Shown here piece by piece: positions 9,237 to 18,844 of a DNA stretch of 64,000 nucleotides. This DNA is from Bdellovibrionales bacterium (lineage in GTDB: Bacteria > Bdellovibrionota > Bdellovibrionia > Bdellovibrionales > JAGQZY01), in contig CAXREJ010000051.1 of assembly GCA_964229765.1 (NCBI GenBank), positions 52,662-116,661 of the forward strand, in the 5' to 3' direction. The notes under the pieces are model-generated. The model searched no databases, had not been told where the DNA came from, and saw only the letters and a list, made by a program, of their open reading frames with translations. The first letter of the stretch is position 1; each line of letters starts with the position of its first letter. The position numbers and the translations under genes were made by a program.

Positions 9237-9434
9237 AAGAGGACTCCTAAAATAATTAAAGTTATTAACTCAATAACAACAGTTATGGATGCGTGGCATA
9301 AAAAAGACGGGGACGGTAAAATTTTTAGATTAAAAACGGAACAGATGATCTAATTAGGGCAAGCAGTGATGATTGATATAAGTTCTATTAGGTTATTTAT
9401 TTTAAAGACTTAGAAGAGATGATTGATTGTAAAT

Positions 9435-9471
9435 AGGTATGTTTTACCTTTCGAGGATGAAAAACATACCT
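9435..9471 (-). terminator. Candidate terminator hairpin downstream of the aldehyde dehydrogenase gene
   Basis: Perfect 11-bp stem aggtatgtttt/aaaacatacct with a 15-nt loop. The U-tract on the minus strand is weak (ATTT). Confidence 0.35.
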
Positions 9472-9573
9472 TTGTATACCCATTAAATATGTAAGTTATT
9501 CATATGGTTTAAGTCTGTGAAAAGAGGACTTTCTTATCAACTTTTCTCATTGGAACTCATAATTAAATTAACT

Positions 9574-11079
9574 TTAGGTTGAGACATTTTTCATAAATAC
9601 TGTTTTAATTTGGGTGTGCTGTAATAAGGCCCACTCTGAATTTTCCCTTCCTATTCCAGACATTTTGTAGCCACCAAAGGGTATTTCAACAGGAGTTTCG
9701 TTGTAAGTATTAATCCAACAAATTCCAGCTTCAATTAATGTGGAAGTTCGATGGGCTTTTTCAATGTTTTGAGTGTAAATTCCAGCAGCAAGACCGTAGG
9801 GAGTGTCATTCGCTCTTTCAATGACTTCGTTATCATCTTCGAAAGTGAGTAAGCTTATTACGGGTCCAAAAATCTCTTCTTTTACAATCGTCATTTTGTC
9901 ATGGCACTGATCAAAGATGGTGGGTTCCACAAAATAACCAACATTTCCCCATGGTCGACCACCACAAAGAATACGCGCTCCTTCCTCTTTTCCAATCTGA
10001 ATGTAGTTGAGAACTTTTTCTTGATGTTCTTTTGAGATGAGAGCTCCTGTTGTTGTTTCAGGGCTCAGAGGATCTCCTAATTTAAGTTGTTGAGTTTTCT
10101 TTATTAGTTTTTCCTTGAAGCTTTCAGCAATTTTTTTGTGAACAAAGACGCGTGTTCCATTGGAGCAGACTTCTCCTTGTGTAAAAAAGTTTGCATCTAT
10201 GGTGCCTTGGACAGCCAAATCGAGACTGGCATCATCAAAGATAATGAGGGGGGACTTTCCACCCAGTTCAAAAGTTAGATGTTTTAATGTCGAGGCTGCG
10301 GCTTCCATGACCTTAATTCCAGTGTTTACTTCGCCAGTGAGAGAAATTTTTTTGATGGAGGGATGATTGACCAACTTTTTTCCCACTCGCTGATCTCCTT
10401 GATAAACTTGAAAGAGTCCCTTAGGAAGGCCAGCCTCAATAAAAATTTTGGCAAGTTCAATAGCTGTTCTCGGCGTGAGTTCACTTGGTTTAAAGATCAT
10501 AGCATTTCCTGCGGCAAGGGCAGGAGCGGCTTTCCAAGCCGCAATTTGAAGTGGGTAATTCCAAGCTCCAATTCCAGCCACAACTCCGAGAGGTTCTCTT
10601 CTTGTATAAATAAAATCAGAACCTAATTGGTAGGAATCACCTTTAAGGCTTCTAGCGATACCTCCAAAGTATTCTAAGGCATCTGCGGCTGAGGTGATAT
10701 CCACCGATAAAGTTTCTTGAATGGGTTTGCCAGTGTCTTCGGTTTCAATAAGAGCGAGTTTTTGGGTTTTAGCGCGTAGGAGGTCAGCGGTTTTTAGTAA
10801 TATTCGTCCTCTTTGAGTGCCCGTATAGTTTCTCCACTCTCTTTGGGCTGTTAGTGCCTCACTAATTCCTTTCTCAAAATCAGCATCGGAAATGGAGTGA
10901 ACAATTGATAGGATCTCTTCAGTGGCTGGGTTTATATTTTCCCAATGGTGAGTTTTTTTGTCACGGCTTTCATTTCCCGTTATGAAACTAAAAGTAAAAT
11001 CATTCATTGATTGTATCCCATACAGTTGAATTGGTTTCATATTATCCATGGACTTAAGAGTGTAAGAGCGAAAGTACAT
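9574..11079 (-). CDS. betB: NAD-dependent betaine-aldehyde dehydrogenase-like aldehyde dehydrogenase
   Basis: There are long collinear matches to remembered E. coli BetB: YTRREPLGVVAGIGAWNYP.QIA.WK.APALAAGNAMIFKPSE, ELGGKSPLI.FDDA.LDLA, CSNGTRVFV, EAGICWINT and GYK.SGIGREN. The true start may be an internal Met (11049 or 11040). Confidence 0.8.
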   Translation of the reverse strand: MYFRSYTLKSMDNMKPIQLYGIQSMNDFTFSFITGNESRDKKTHHWENINPATEEILSIVHSISDADFEKGISEALTAQREWRNYTGTQRGRILLKTADLLRAKTQKLALIETEDTGKPIQETLSVDITSAADALEYFGGIARSLKGDSYQLGSDFIYTRREPLGVVAGIGAWNYPLQIAAWKAAPALAAGNAMIFKPSELTPRTAIELAKIFIEAGLPKGLFQVYQGDQRVGKKLVNHPSIKKISLTGEVNTGIKVMEAAASTLKHLTFELGGKSPLIIFDDASLDLAVQGTIDANFFTQGEVCSNGTRVFVHKKIAESFKEKLIKKTQQLKLGDPLSPETTTGALISKEHQEKVLNYIQIGKEEGARILCGGRPWGNVGYFVEPTIFDQCHDKMTIVKEEIFGPVISLLTFEDDNEVIERANDTPYGLAAGIYTQNIEKAHRTSTLIEAGICWINTYNETPVEIPFGGYKMSGIGRENSEWALLQHTQIKTVFMKNVST

Positions 11080-11154
11080 GAGGTGAGTTCATTGTGTCTT
11101 AACAGTTGTGAAAATGAGATGCAATGAGTGGTGGGGAAGAGTCGGAAAAAGGGC

Positions 11155-11190
11155 AAAAAAAAGTCGTTTCTCAGGTGAAACGACTTTTTT
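11155..11190 (-). terminator. Rho-independent terminator after pilA (bidirectional-looking)
   Basis: Stem gtcgtttc/gaaacgac with loop tcaggt, flanked by A8 on one side and T6 on the other. The minus-strand reading gives a hairpin followed by U8. Confidence 0.75.
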
Positions 11191-11214
11191 GACTCATTGA
11201 ATTTGAAGAGTAAC

Positions 11215-11796
11215 TTACTTCAAGCCATCAGAAAGTGCTGTGACGTTCTTCAAGTTATCCATTGAATACTCATCTGGATTCGTTCCTGTTGTGGTAGGCA
11301 CTCCAGAAATACGAATTGTAAAGGCATTCGCAGTGGCAGATGACATTCCCATTGTCGGATCGGTCCAACCAATCACACTTCCGGCCATTCCGGCAGTTCC
11401 CATTTGCCACTCTTTGTACATAGAGCAGTTTCCGCCGCAGGTACAGGCCGCTTGACCATTGATACAAGCTGCATCTTCAACTTGCATGTAAGGAAGAACG
11501 AAACCCATGTTATCAGCAGCGGTTAAGTTATAATTAAGTGTGCCTTGTGGAGCAAAACCAGTACCAACAAAGTTACCAGGAAATTGGGAATACTCGGTGC
11601 GTGAGGCGTGAGCAGCAGCGTAGTAGGCTCCCATAAGAGCAAAACCTTCTTTTTGACGCGCTTTTGCTTGGAAAGTCTGATAACTAGGGATTGCAATTGT
11701 TGAGAGAATAGCAATAATAGCCACAACAACCATCAGCTCAATCAACGAAAACCCTTTGTTTTTAAGTAATGAAAGAAATTTTTTATTTTGTGACAC
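11215..11796 (-). CDS. pilA: Type IV (type IVa-like) major pilin
   Basis: GTG start. The prepilin leader and N-methylation site are KGF|[24 protein letters not shown]. The C-terminal globular part is Cys-rich ([17 protein letters not shown]). Confidence 0.9.
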   Translation of the reverse strand: MSQNKKFLSLLKNKGFSLIELMVVVAIIAILSTIAIPSYQTFQAKARQKEGFALMGAYYAAAHASRTEYSQFPGNFVGTGFAPQGTLNYNLTAADNMGFVLPYMQVEDAACINGQAACTCGGNCSMYKEWQMGTAGMAGSVIGWTDPTMGMSSATANAFTIRISGVPTTTGTNPDEYSMDNLKNVTALSDGLK

Positions 11797-11831
11797 TGGA
11801 TAACCCCTTTTATATTTATATACACCTGACT

Positions 11832-11861
11832 AGTATATCGGCACTTTAAAATAACGGTAAA
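11832..11861 (-). promoter_or_regulatory. Possible sigma70-type promoter for pilA
   Basis: The minus strand reads TTTACC-18 nt-TATACT about 35 nt upstream of the GTG start. No TGGCAC-N5-TTGC sigma54 box was seen. Confidence 0.3.
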
Positions 11862-12195
11862 GTTTTTTTTAAAATATAGACTGTAGTGTCTCAGTTAGAA
11901 ATATTAAGTTTGTGTCAGTGTCCAGGACAAAGGGCTTGGTGTTTTTGGTTAAACTAAGATTATTAATTTCTTCTCAGATTGAGTCACTGAAATTATTGGT
12001 TCTCCTGATGCATTGAACATAGCCTTTAGTACATACTCATTTAAACTTAAGTGAGTGTGTATCAAACTGATTCGTACTTTTAAAACTCAATTGTTAAATA
12101 AAAAGAGAACCGTCTCTCAAATATTAACAGAGTTTTATATTAATCGTTGGTGTGGCACGTTGAAATCTTAATGTTCAATAGAGTAGGGGTCTTTA

Positions 12196-15135
12196 ATGAC
12201 ATTTTTTATATTGTTTATTGTTTTCCTATCGGGGTTAACAGGTCTAATTTATCAAGTGACATGGCAAAAATATTTATCCATTTACTTAGGAAGTCATTCC
12301 CTATCAGCCTCTTTAACTTTGTCCTGTTTTTTTCTCTTTTTGGCATTAGGGTATCAAATTATTGGCAAGAGTGGTCATAAATTAGGAAAAAATAAAATAC
12401 GAACCTATGCTTATTTAGAGGGGTTTATCGGAGTTTTTGCTATTATGTCTCCTGCGATCTTTGATTTTTTCTATCAGATCTGGCCTTCTTACCCTTCGAT
12501 ATCAATAGGACATTTTTTAAGTAGTGCTTTTTTTGCGTTAATTCTAATTGGGCTGCCGACCTTTTTAATGGGGGGGACTATTCCATTATTAACACAAGGT
12601 TTGAGTAAGGAATTGGAAGCAAGTCACAGGGTTCATGCTTGGGTTTATGGTGTAAACACACTCGGGGCCTTTATTGGAACAATGCTAGGTGGATTCTTTC
12701 TGTTGGAGTTTTTGGGACTTTCTCAGTCTCTCAATTTAACAGGAATGTTGAATTGTATAATATGCTTAGTTCTTATTGTTTTTTGTAAGTACTCAAAAAG
12801 AGACTTTCAAGGTTTTGCACCGGGAGAGGGGAAGAAAAATAAAGGTTACAATTATATCTTGTTAAGTTTGGCTTTTTTATCTGGGGCAATTTCATTCGGA
12901 CTTGAAAATCTTATAATTAGAATGGCTGGGATTTCTATTGGTAGTTCAAATTATACATACACTGTCATTGTTGGAGCTTTTGTTTGTTCCATAGCATTGG
13001 GTAGTATATTAGCCGCTAAAGTAAAAAACAAAGTAGGACTTTGGTGGTTGTTAGTTAGCCAATTGTTTATTCTTACTTCAGTGAGTTTTTTCACCTTTAT
13101 TATCCCTTCATGGCCTCGTATTTTTATGAGAGTACGCTTTCTATTTGCGAATTCTGAAATTAATTTTGTCCCGTATTGGGTCAGTGTCTTTTTTGTATTC
13201 TTTATTATTGTTTTAATTCCTGTTGTTTTTTTAGGGATGACTCTTCCGCTCTTATTTCAACAGTTAAAAAGTAAAAACGAACATTTGAACCGCACCGCAG
13301 GAATTATGTACGCCATTAATTCTATTGGAGCCGCTGTTGGATCTATTTTTTTAGGATACATAGCCTTCTTCTGGATGGATGCACAAGAAGTTTTAAAGTT
13401 AATAGGCTCGTTGACTGTGTTAAGTTGCATCTTGGTTATTAACTTATTTGAAAGGAAGAATAAGAAATTTGTTTTTGTTCTACCGATCTTGTTATTTGTG
13501 ATTCTATTCTTTCTGCCAAAATGGAAAGATTATTCATTTGTTCCCAATCGATTTTTCAGCTCTTCTGTAACACCGAAAACCAGACAAGATTACCAGATGA
13601 TTGTTGATAAGTTCGAAATTGAGTCTCCCCGTGATACAAAAATTCTATACTCAGACTTTGGAGTTAACACATACACTGTCGTAACAGAAGATTTAAAAGG
13701 AGATCGAACTGTTTTTGTAAATGGAAAACCTGATGCAGCCACTAATGGTGATCAATTCACACGTGCGTTAACAGCCTTGATACCTTTAACATTGGCGAAA
13801 AATAACCAAGATATTTTTATCGTTGGTTTAGGCTCGGGATTAAGTGCTGGAATTGCAGCCAGTTTTCCTGGCAACAAGAGTGTTAAAGTTACGGAAATTG
13901 CATCTGGGGTTATAAAGGCTCTCCCTTATTTTGATAAATGGAATTTTGATTTAAAAAGCAATAGGAAAAAAATTACTATTCTCAATGATGATGCTTATAA
14001 AGTCCTGATAAATGAAGATAAAAAGTATGATTTAATTTTCTCAGAACCTAGTAATACTTGGGTCACCGGTGTGGAAAAGATATACACTTTGGAGTTCTTG
14101 AAACAGGCTTCAAGTAAGCTTAAAGAAGATGGTATCTACTCGCAATGGTTTCCCTTGTTTTCTATGACTGAGCAAGGTTTTTTGAGTGTACTATATAATT
14201 TTAAAAAATCCTTTAAATATGTCAGTTTGTGGAGCGCACTTGGTAGTGCTTCCGTGATAATTGCTAGTAATTCCCCCATTGATGTGACTCCAGAAAATCT
14301 AATGATGAAAAGCCAAGGGGCTGAAGAGATTTACAAAACAGTTGGTATCAAAGATGGATTATCATTGCTTTATCATCAATTACTTCCTGATGCGGCTGTA
14401 ACGGACTTGGCGAACGGCTCTCATTTAATCCATAGCCTTTATCATCCCACATTGGCTTATCAATCAGGTCGAGCTTTCTTTTTAAGTGGTTTTATTAATC
14501 CCGAGGAATTGGCAAATAAGTATTTTGTTTACAGTAAGAATGAAAAACTATTACGCGCTGAAGATCAAATCTCTCAGGACAGAGTGCTTTCTTTTGGTGA
14601 TGATGAGCTTATTTGGGAAAAATATTTAGATCAACTGCCTAAAAGCTTTTTTGATGAAGGAGCTAAGTTTTTATTAAAAGTACATCCAATTTATGCAGGC
14701 AAATTATCGCTGGCGAGGCCTGATAAATTCGGAAAAAAAGTGTTACATGGTGTTGATGAAAAGCTATCTGTGGCTAAGAGGAAAATGACACAGTATCGTT
14801 ATTTATTGGGTAAAAGCAATAGAACTTTACCACCAAAAGTTAATGAAGAGTTATTCCTTGGAACAGAGCTTTTCAATCGTTTTATTTATTTAATAGCTAT
14901 GAGAGAGAAGCCTCAATTAGATAAATTGCTTAAGGCCATGCCGATTAAGTGTATTGACTTTGAGTCAGAGTGTCTAAAGATAAAATTAGAAATTCTATTT
15001 TTTCTCAATCCACATTTAAAAAATGAAGTTCGCTCTTTAAGCCTTGCTATTCATCAAAATAAGAGAGGAAGTAAAGAAGAGGTGGACAGTCTTTTTAAAC
15101 GACATGTTATAGATAAAGAGGGGGAAATTAGATAG
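12196..15135 (+). CDS. Fused polytopic membrane domain / spermidine-synthase-like (class I methyltransferase-fold aminopropyltransferase) protein
   Basis: 979 aa. The first ~450 aa are multi-TM. Then come a SAM/dcSAM-type fold (IFIVGLGSGLSAG, DLIFSEPSNTW) and a long C-terminal extension. Confidence 0.6.
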   Translation: MTFFILFIVFLSGLTGLIYQVTWQKYLSIYLGSHSLSASLTLSCFFLFLALGYQIIGKSGHKLGKNKIRTYAYLEGFIGVFAIMSPAIFDFFYQIWPSYPSISIGHFLSSAFFALILIGLPTFLMGGTIPLLTQGLSKELEASHRVHAWVYGVNTLGAFIGTMLGGFFLLEFLGLSQSLNLTGMLNCIICLVLIVFCKYSKRDFQGFAPGEGKKNKGYNYILLSLAFLSGAISFGLENLIIRMAGISIGSSNYTYTVIVGAFVCSIALGSILAAKVKNKVGLWWLLVSQLFILTSVSFFTFIIPSWPRIFMRVRFLFANSEINFVPYWVSVFFVFFIIVLIPVVFLGMTLPLLFQQLKSKNEHLNRTAGIMYAINSIGAAVGSIFLGYIAFFWMDAQEVLKLIGSLTVLSCILVINLFERKNKKFVFVLPILLFVILFFLPKWKDYSFVPNRFFSSSVTPKTRQDYQMIVDKFEIESPRDTKILYSDFGVNTYTVVTEDLKGDRTVFVNGKPDAATNGDQFTRALTALIPLTLAKNNQDIFIVGLGSGLSAGIAASFPGNKSVKVTEIASGVIKALPYFDKWNFDLKSNRKKITILNDDAYKVLINEDKKYDLIFSEPSNTWVTGVEKIYTLEFLKQASSKLKEDGIYSQWFPLFSMTEQGFLSVLYNFKKSFKYVSLWSALGSASVIIASNSPIDVTPENLMMKSQGAEEIYKTVGIKDGLSLLYHQLLPDAAVTDLANGSHLIHSLYHPTLAYQSGRAFFLSGFINPEELANKYFVYSKNEKLLRAEDQISQDRVLSFGDDELIWEKYLDQLPKSFFDEGAKFLLKVHPIYAGKLSLARPDKFGKKVLHGVDEKLSVAKRKMTQYRYLLGKSNRTLPPKVNEELFLGTELFNRFIYLIAMREKPQLDKLLKAMPIKCIDFESECLKIKLEILFFLNPHLKNEVRSLSLAIHQNKRGSKEEVDSLFKRHVIDKEGEIR

Positions 15136-16310
15136 TGAGAATACTTCTAGTGACCTCTGAGCCACCACTGCCTATGGGACATGTCTCAGCTCGTTGGTTC
15201 TACGTGCTTTTAAAGGAAATGCATATTCATGGTCATCAAGTGGATGTATTGTCTTCCTATTCAAAAGAAGAAGAGTATGAAATATCATCTCAATTATTAT
15301 CACATTTTGATGGAGTTCGTTTTTTTGCCTATCCTTTCGATAGGAGAAATGGGATTGTTGAAAAAGTTAATTCATTTGTGAGTCCAGGCTCTTATCAATT
15401 TTCCAAAGAATTCGTAAAAAAATATCAATTGCTGACTAAAGAAGCGGACATGATTCATTGTGAGCAGCTATCAACAGCCATGGTGTCGTCTACTACAAAA
15501 GCTCAACCTATTGTGGTTAATATCCATCATTTGTTTTCAGTGGATTTAGCTGATGAAAAAATCTATTCACTTAAAGAAGGACTAATTAGAAAGAGGCAGT
15601 TCGTAAATGAGAAAAAAATAATAAAAAAGTTAAATTATGCAACGACAGTGAGTTCTGAGCTTGGGAGGCATTTAAAAAAAATAAATCCAAAAATTAATAC
15701 GGAGTGGATTCCATTTTCATTGAGCTTTGATGAATATCAGGTGGAGGAGCGAGAAAGGGTTTATGATTTTGGTTTAGTCGGCAATATGAATTGGTTCCCT
15801 TCTTTTTCCGCAGCGGTTAATGTGATTGAAAAAATATGGCCTAGTGTAATAAAGAAATGTCCGACGGCTAAGCTCTTGGTCGCAGGTTGGGGTGCTGATA
15901 CAAAACTGTCTCAATATAAAGATACTCCAGGACTAACGCTTTTATCAGATGCACCTTCAATACTTGAGGTTTTTAACTCCATAGGTACTTTGCTCTATTT
16001 TCCTAATAAAGGGTCAGGGGTAAAAGTTAAAATACTTGAAGCCTTATTGATGAAGTGTGCCGTGATTACCAATGAGGCGGGGGTTGAGGGCTTGCACCCG
16101 CAAGTTATACAAAACATAAATGTTTGTAACAACCTTCAGGAATTCATAAGTTCAGCCATTAATGTTAATCAAGATCATATTAAAAGAGATGAACAAGGAT
16201 CCTTAGGGCGAGAGAGTGTTTTGAAGAATCATAGCTCAAAAGAGAGTTACGATAAGCTTATGTCTTTTCATGGTAATGCGAGTGCATCTTTTCGAGTTAA
16301 AAGAGAGTGA
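15135..16310 (+). CDS. Glycosyltransferase, GT-B fold (family 1/4-like)
   Basis: 391 aa with a GTG start overlapping the upstream stop. N-terminus MRILLVTSEPP and a C-terminal E-x7-E-like region (KILEALLMKCAVITNEAGVEG). Confidence 0.7.
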   Translation: MRILLVTSEPPLPMGHVSARWFYVLLKEMHIHGHQVDVLSSYSKEEEYEISSQLLSHFDGVRFFAYPFDRRNGIVEKVNSFVSPGSYQFSKEFVKKYQLLTKEADMIHCEQLSTAMVSSTTKAQPIVVNIHHLFSVDLADEKIYSLKEGLIRKRQFVNEKKIIKKLNYATTVSSELGRHLKKINPKINTEWIPFSLSFDEYQVEERERVYDFGLVGNMNWFPSFSAAVNVIEKIWPSVIKKCPTAKLLVAGWGADTKLSQYKDTPGLTLLSDAPSILEVFNSIGTLLYFPNKGSGVKVKILEALLMKCAVITNEAGVEGLHPQVIQNINVCNNLQEFISSAINVNQDHIKRDEQGSLGRESVLKNHSSKESYDKLMSFHGNASASFRVKRE

Positions 16311-16380
16311 AAATAAAATATGAAGATATGATGTAAATAAAAAATATATTTTATTTCTCATAGGTTTAAGGGAGTCATGT

Positions 16381-17154
16381 TTAATGGTCAAGGTTGTCAG
16401 CTAAATAGAGATGACGTTTTTCTTTACTTGCTAGGTTTAATTGAATTCTAGCCACTTCTTCGTTGGACCTATTAGCAAGAATAAGGTCGCATTTAGAGGT
16501 GACAATAAAACCACTCTTTTTGTTTGTGTTTAAATTATAGATGGGTGCAATGTTTTGGAAATTTATATTAATGACCAAAAGCTGCGATGATTCAACTTCT
16601 TCAACGGTGTGTTCTGGTATGTTACATGGTCGATATTCATCAGAGCTTTGAGTGAGAGTGGTTCCTATAATTTCATGACAATATTGATCAATTAAGGGGA
16701 GCCTTTTGTAACGCTGACTCCAAGGAATACAGCGAATTTCTTCAATCGAGTGAGAGCAAATTTCCATATAGCGTAGATTATACCAAATATGTGTGCCATT
16801 GAGAGCATAGACTTCGACGATTTCATCAGAGTCGAACATATCGAGAGAGTTGGCTCCAAGTCGGTGTCCACAGTTCTGTAAAACTCGCCATAAAAATTGC
16901 TTCTCTTGTTTTAAATCATAGTTTTCTGAAGTCAGACTGAGCCATGTGTTCAAGTACTCTTTGGTTTCATTGAGAACTCTTATTTTTGTTTGAATGGGTA
17001 GTTGGCTGTAGATGGGTAACTTTGGGTTAGAATAGGGAAGGGCTTGAGCCTTAGGAAAGGTGTGATTTGTAAGCTCTGCGAGCTTATGCAATACAGACTT
17101 GAATTCATCTTTGATCTTCTCATCAGTGTTATTGATTTTTCGTGAAAATTTCAA
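16381..17154 (-). CDS. Hypothetical cytoplasmic protein with a PAS-like segment
   Basis: 257 aa with no signal peptide. DEIVEVYALNGTHIWYNLRYMEICSHSIEEI resembles the PAS core pattern (d.i.v.d..g.i...N..f....g.s.eE). This is a weak call. Confidence 0.35.
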   Translation of the reverse strand: MKFSRKINNTDEKIKDEFKSVLHKLAELTNHTFPKAQALPYSNPKLPIYSQLPIQTKIRVLNETKEYLNTWLSLTSENYDLKQEKQFLWRVLQNCGHRLGANSLDMFDSDEIVEVYALNGTHIWYNLRYMEICSHSIEEIRCIPWSQRYKRLPLIDQYCHEIIGTTLTQSSDEYRPCNIPEHTVEEVESSQLLVININFQNIAPIYNLNTNKKSGFIVTSKCDLILANRSNEEVARIQLNLASKEKRHLYLADNLDH

Positions 17155-17229
17155 AATGTCCTCGTTATAGTAGTAGTGTTTATGTTTACACTATCTACAT
17201 ATAACGGGAGTTAAAGATTAAATCAATAA

Positions 17230-17949
17230 TTAGGCGGCTCTATTTTCCATTGGATTCTTTAATGATTCGGGTTGGAAAACCAATAAATCCTTCCATAAGT
17301 ATTGATATTGCTCAACAACTTCTAAACAAGCGGGAGGTGTTTTGGAGGTGTCTTCAATGAAAAGCATTCTCACAGACTCTCCATCAATAATTGGTAATTT
17401 GAACTCAGAGAGAACCTCTTTACCACCTAAGTATTCAAAATATTTATCTATTTTAAACTTTGTTACGCCACAAGTGATCCAGCGAGGAATATCAAACTGC
17501 TGATGATAGCTTAATGCGTAAGCAGTGGTGAGATCTCTGAGCCATTTGCAAAACTCTCTTCCTTTTTGTTTGTAAACAGGGTTGATGGTCCAAGAAGAGT
17601 CATATGTGATTTCTCGGCCATCATTTAAAATATTCTCAACTATGGGAGAGTTTTCGTACTCTGTTCCCTTGAGGAGCTTTAAAAGTGGAAATTGAATTTT
17701 GAATCTTTGGCATTGAGAGAGTCTGATGGACTTGTACATAAACATAGGTTCAAGTTCTCCATTTTCAAGCTCTTCCGCGGCAATAAGATGAGAGGCTACA
17801 AAGTCATCCTCCCCCATTGGTAATACATTAGACTTGTATTCTTGTCTGTAGCCAAGTTCTTTGGCCCAGAGTGCTTTTTGCCAAAGTTTAAGAGCTTTTT
17901 CATTATAAATATGGATAGGCTCATCGATTAAAACAAATTGAACTTTCAT
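17230..17949 (-). CDS. Hypothetical protein, possibly a GNAT-fold acyl-transferase of the LuxI/FeeM (N-acyl synthase) type
   Basis: 239 aa. Only the spacing pattern resembles LuxI: EDDF..SHLIA near aa 47, then a WTINP..K.KG block, then WITCGVT...YFEYLG. It lies 19 nt downstream of the preceding gene. Confidence 0.3.
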   Translation of the reverse strand: MKVQFVLIDEPIHIYNEKALKLWQKALWAKELGYRQEYKSNVLPMGEDDFVASHLIAAEELENGELEPMFMYKSIRLSQCQRFKIQFPLLKLLKGTEYENSPIVENILNDGREITYDSSWTINPVYKQKGREFCKWLRDLTTAYALSYHQQFDIPRWITCGVTKFKIDKYFEYLGGKEVLSEFKLPIIDGESVRMLFIEDTSKTPPACLEVVEQYQYLWKDLLVFQPESLKNPMENRAA

Positions 17950-17968
17950 TGATAGGTTCTCCTCAGAA

Positions 17969-18610
17969 TTAAGCTGTTTTTGCTAGTTGATGGTTGTCCT
18001 TCTGGCTTATATTTTGAAGAATGCTAATATAGAGGTCAGCGTACTGGTCGAGGGCTAGTTCAACAACATGTTGATCTTCAGGTGAAAGAACATCAATCAT
18101 TTTGAAAGCTTTTTCTAAATGATCAGGGTCTTCATTGGAGTGAACTTTTAAGAATGAGGCTGCCTTAGGTCCATGGGCTTCGCGCGCATGATTGTAAGCG
18201 TACTCTCCAGATCTAACCGCCGCTCCTTCTAAAGCAAATATCCATCCAAAGAGTCCAACAACATTGCCTTGGTGAGATAGCCAGTAATAAAGACTTTGGT
18301 GGAAAAACTTCATGGCATTTGTTGGGGGTATATCACTGACTTTAAGATCAAGAGCTTTTAAATCATTTTCTAGAAGTTTTTCATGTCCCTTTTCTTCGGT
18401 AGCATGGGCTACAAAACGATTAGATAAAGTCGTGTATTTTTGAGGCATCACGGCGGCCGCATAAGCCAGTATACGAGTTGAGTTGAGAACGTACTCATGA
18501 GTGTCCCTTAACCATTGAGTGTAACAATGTGGGTCACTCCACGGGAAAGAGCAAAGAGCTTCGTTAATTTTAGTCATATTTTTTTCAAACGTATCTCTAA
18601 ATTGATTCAC
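17969..18610 (-). CDS. Heme-oxygenase-like di-metal oxidase/oxygenase (HDO; CADD/PqqC/TenA-like fold)
   Basis: 213 aa all-helical protein with a GTG start after AGGAGG. Candidate ligand motifs occur in HDO order: ATEEKGHEKL (E...H), FALEGAA (E) and HSNEDPDH (H..D/E..H). Confidence 0.55.
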   Translation of the reverse strand: MNQFRDTFEKNMTKINEALCSFPWSDPHCYTQWLRDTHEYVLNSTRILAYAAAVMPQKYTTLSNRFVAHATEEKGHEKLLENDLKALDLKVSDIPPTNAMKFFHQSLYYWLSHQGNVVGLFGWIFALEGAAVRSGEYAYNHAREAHGPKAASFLKVHSNEDPDHLEKAFKMIDVLSPEDQHVVELALDQYADLYISILQNISQKDNHQLAKTA

Positions 18611-18844
18611 TAGTATCCTCCTAATACAAAGTTTTCTTATATCCTATCAAAAGTGATGATCGGAGGAGTACGAGAAAGAGTGATAAACTAGAAAATGGTC
18701 AAATAACTATTAGTTAGTCCATTAAATTGAAATGATTTAAGTTGATTTTTAGGCCTAAAGTTTGACATGATGATAAAATACAATTTATTTGTGATTATAC
18801 TTTAGGCAATTTTAATAAAAGAGGTGTTGTAAAAGGTAAGTTAA

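Noticed and set aside
12147-12380. 77-aa ORF overlapping the 5' end of the spermidine-synthase-like gene
   Set aside because: It is an alternative frame of the same region. The 979-aa frame has the coherent TM pattern and a start preceded by a purine-rich stretch.
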